Of a stretch of DNA of 16,204 nucleotides, positions 15,760-16,204 are shown piece by piece (the first letter of the stretch is position 1; each line of letters begins with the position of its first letter). The DNA comes from Candidatus Hermodarchaeota archaeon. Its GTDB lineage: Archaea > Asgardarchaeota > Hermodarchaeia > Hermodarchaeales > Hermodarchaeaceae. A program made the position numbers and the translations under genes. The notes below the pieces were generated by a model, which saw only the letters and a list, made by a program, of their open reading frames with translations, had not been told where the DNA came from and did no database searches. The stretch lies in contig JAEOTO010000049.1 in NCBI GenBank assembly GCA_016839805.1, forward strand, positions 1 through 16,204, in the 5' to 3' direction.

Positions 15760-16204
15760 CTACCAAGTGATTTCATCTATCAAATCTTGGATCGCTGGTG
15801 AAATGTTATCAGTACCTTTAAACGAAACATCAGCAACCAACTCAATACCTGAATTAAGCGAAAAAAGCTCTAGAAACAGGCACGCGAAGAGCGGTGATAA
15901 ATCAATCCTGTCAAAAGGATTGGTCAGCAAATACAAGGTTTCTAACTTTGGGCAATATCGAAGCGGATCCAAATCAATGGAGGTCAATTGGTTATCACTC
16001 AGCTTGAGAGCTCGAAGGTCCGTACAATGCTTTAACGGTGTCAAATCGATTTCACATAACTGGTTCCGGTCAAGAATCAGATCTTCAAGCCGACTACAAT
16101 GCTTTAGAGGTGTCAAATCAATTTCTAGAAGCTCGTTCCAATTAAGACTAACTTCTTGAAGGTTTGTGCAATGTTGAAGGGAGGAAAGATCAATTTTCCG
16201 TAAT
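15760..16204 (-). CDS. Leucine-rich repeat protein, C-terminal part (5' end outside the window)
   Basis: The frame is open to the window edge. 24-aa repeats: IDLSSLQHCTNLQEVSLNWNELLE, IDLTPLKHCSRLEDLILDRNQLCE, IDLTPLKHCTDLRALKLSDNQLTS, IDLDPLRYCPKLETLYLLTNPFDR. Confidence 0.93.
   Translation of the reverse strand, partial: LRKIDLSSLQHCTNLQEVSLNWNELLEIDLTPLKHCSRLEDLILDRNQLCEIDLTPLKHCTDLRALKLSDNQLTSIDLDPLRYCPKLETLYLLTNPFDRIDLSPLFACLFLELFSLNSGIELVADVSFKGTDNISPAIQDLIDEITW

Noticed and set aside
15767-16159. 130-aa + strand ORF
   Set aside because: Antisense shadow of the LRR gene.

Overview
Archaeal DNA. The 24-aa 'IDLxPL' leucine-rich repeats and GGTGA/GGAGG Shine-Dalgarno sites suggest an Asgard-type genome, but that is inference. 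The core is a complete minus-strand DNA double-strand-break resection operon, nurA-herA-mre11-rad50 (10777-4077). It runs on with short gaps into an unknown zinc-finger protein and a PrsW-family intramembrane protease. Accessory DNA lies on both sides. The ORF track misses several things. (1) Two tandem disrupted HEPN (RxxxxH) ribonuclease-like genes lie just upstream of nurA; one is out of frame at a (CCCCA)3 pentanucleotide repeat, and removing one unit restores a 342-aa protein. (2) A GC-rich, strongly base-paired intergenic segment (about 12.3-12.8 kb) lies upstream of that HEPN gene and may be an ncRNA or a self-sequestered small-peptide mRNA. (3) A dispersed 160-180 bp intergenic element has a 28-bp identical core, a conserved hairpin and imperfect inverted ends, and its end motif recurs at gene boundaries. 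(4) A three-repeat lectin-like gene has a decayed first repeat. Membrane proteins, a SAM methyltransferase and the 3' end of an LRR gene fill the rest. No tRNA, rRNA, CRISPR array, transposase or integrase was recognised.
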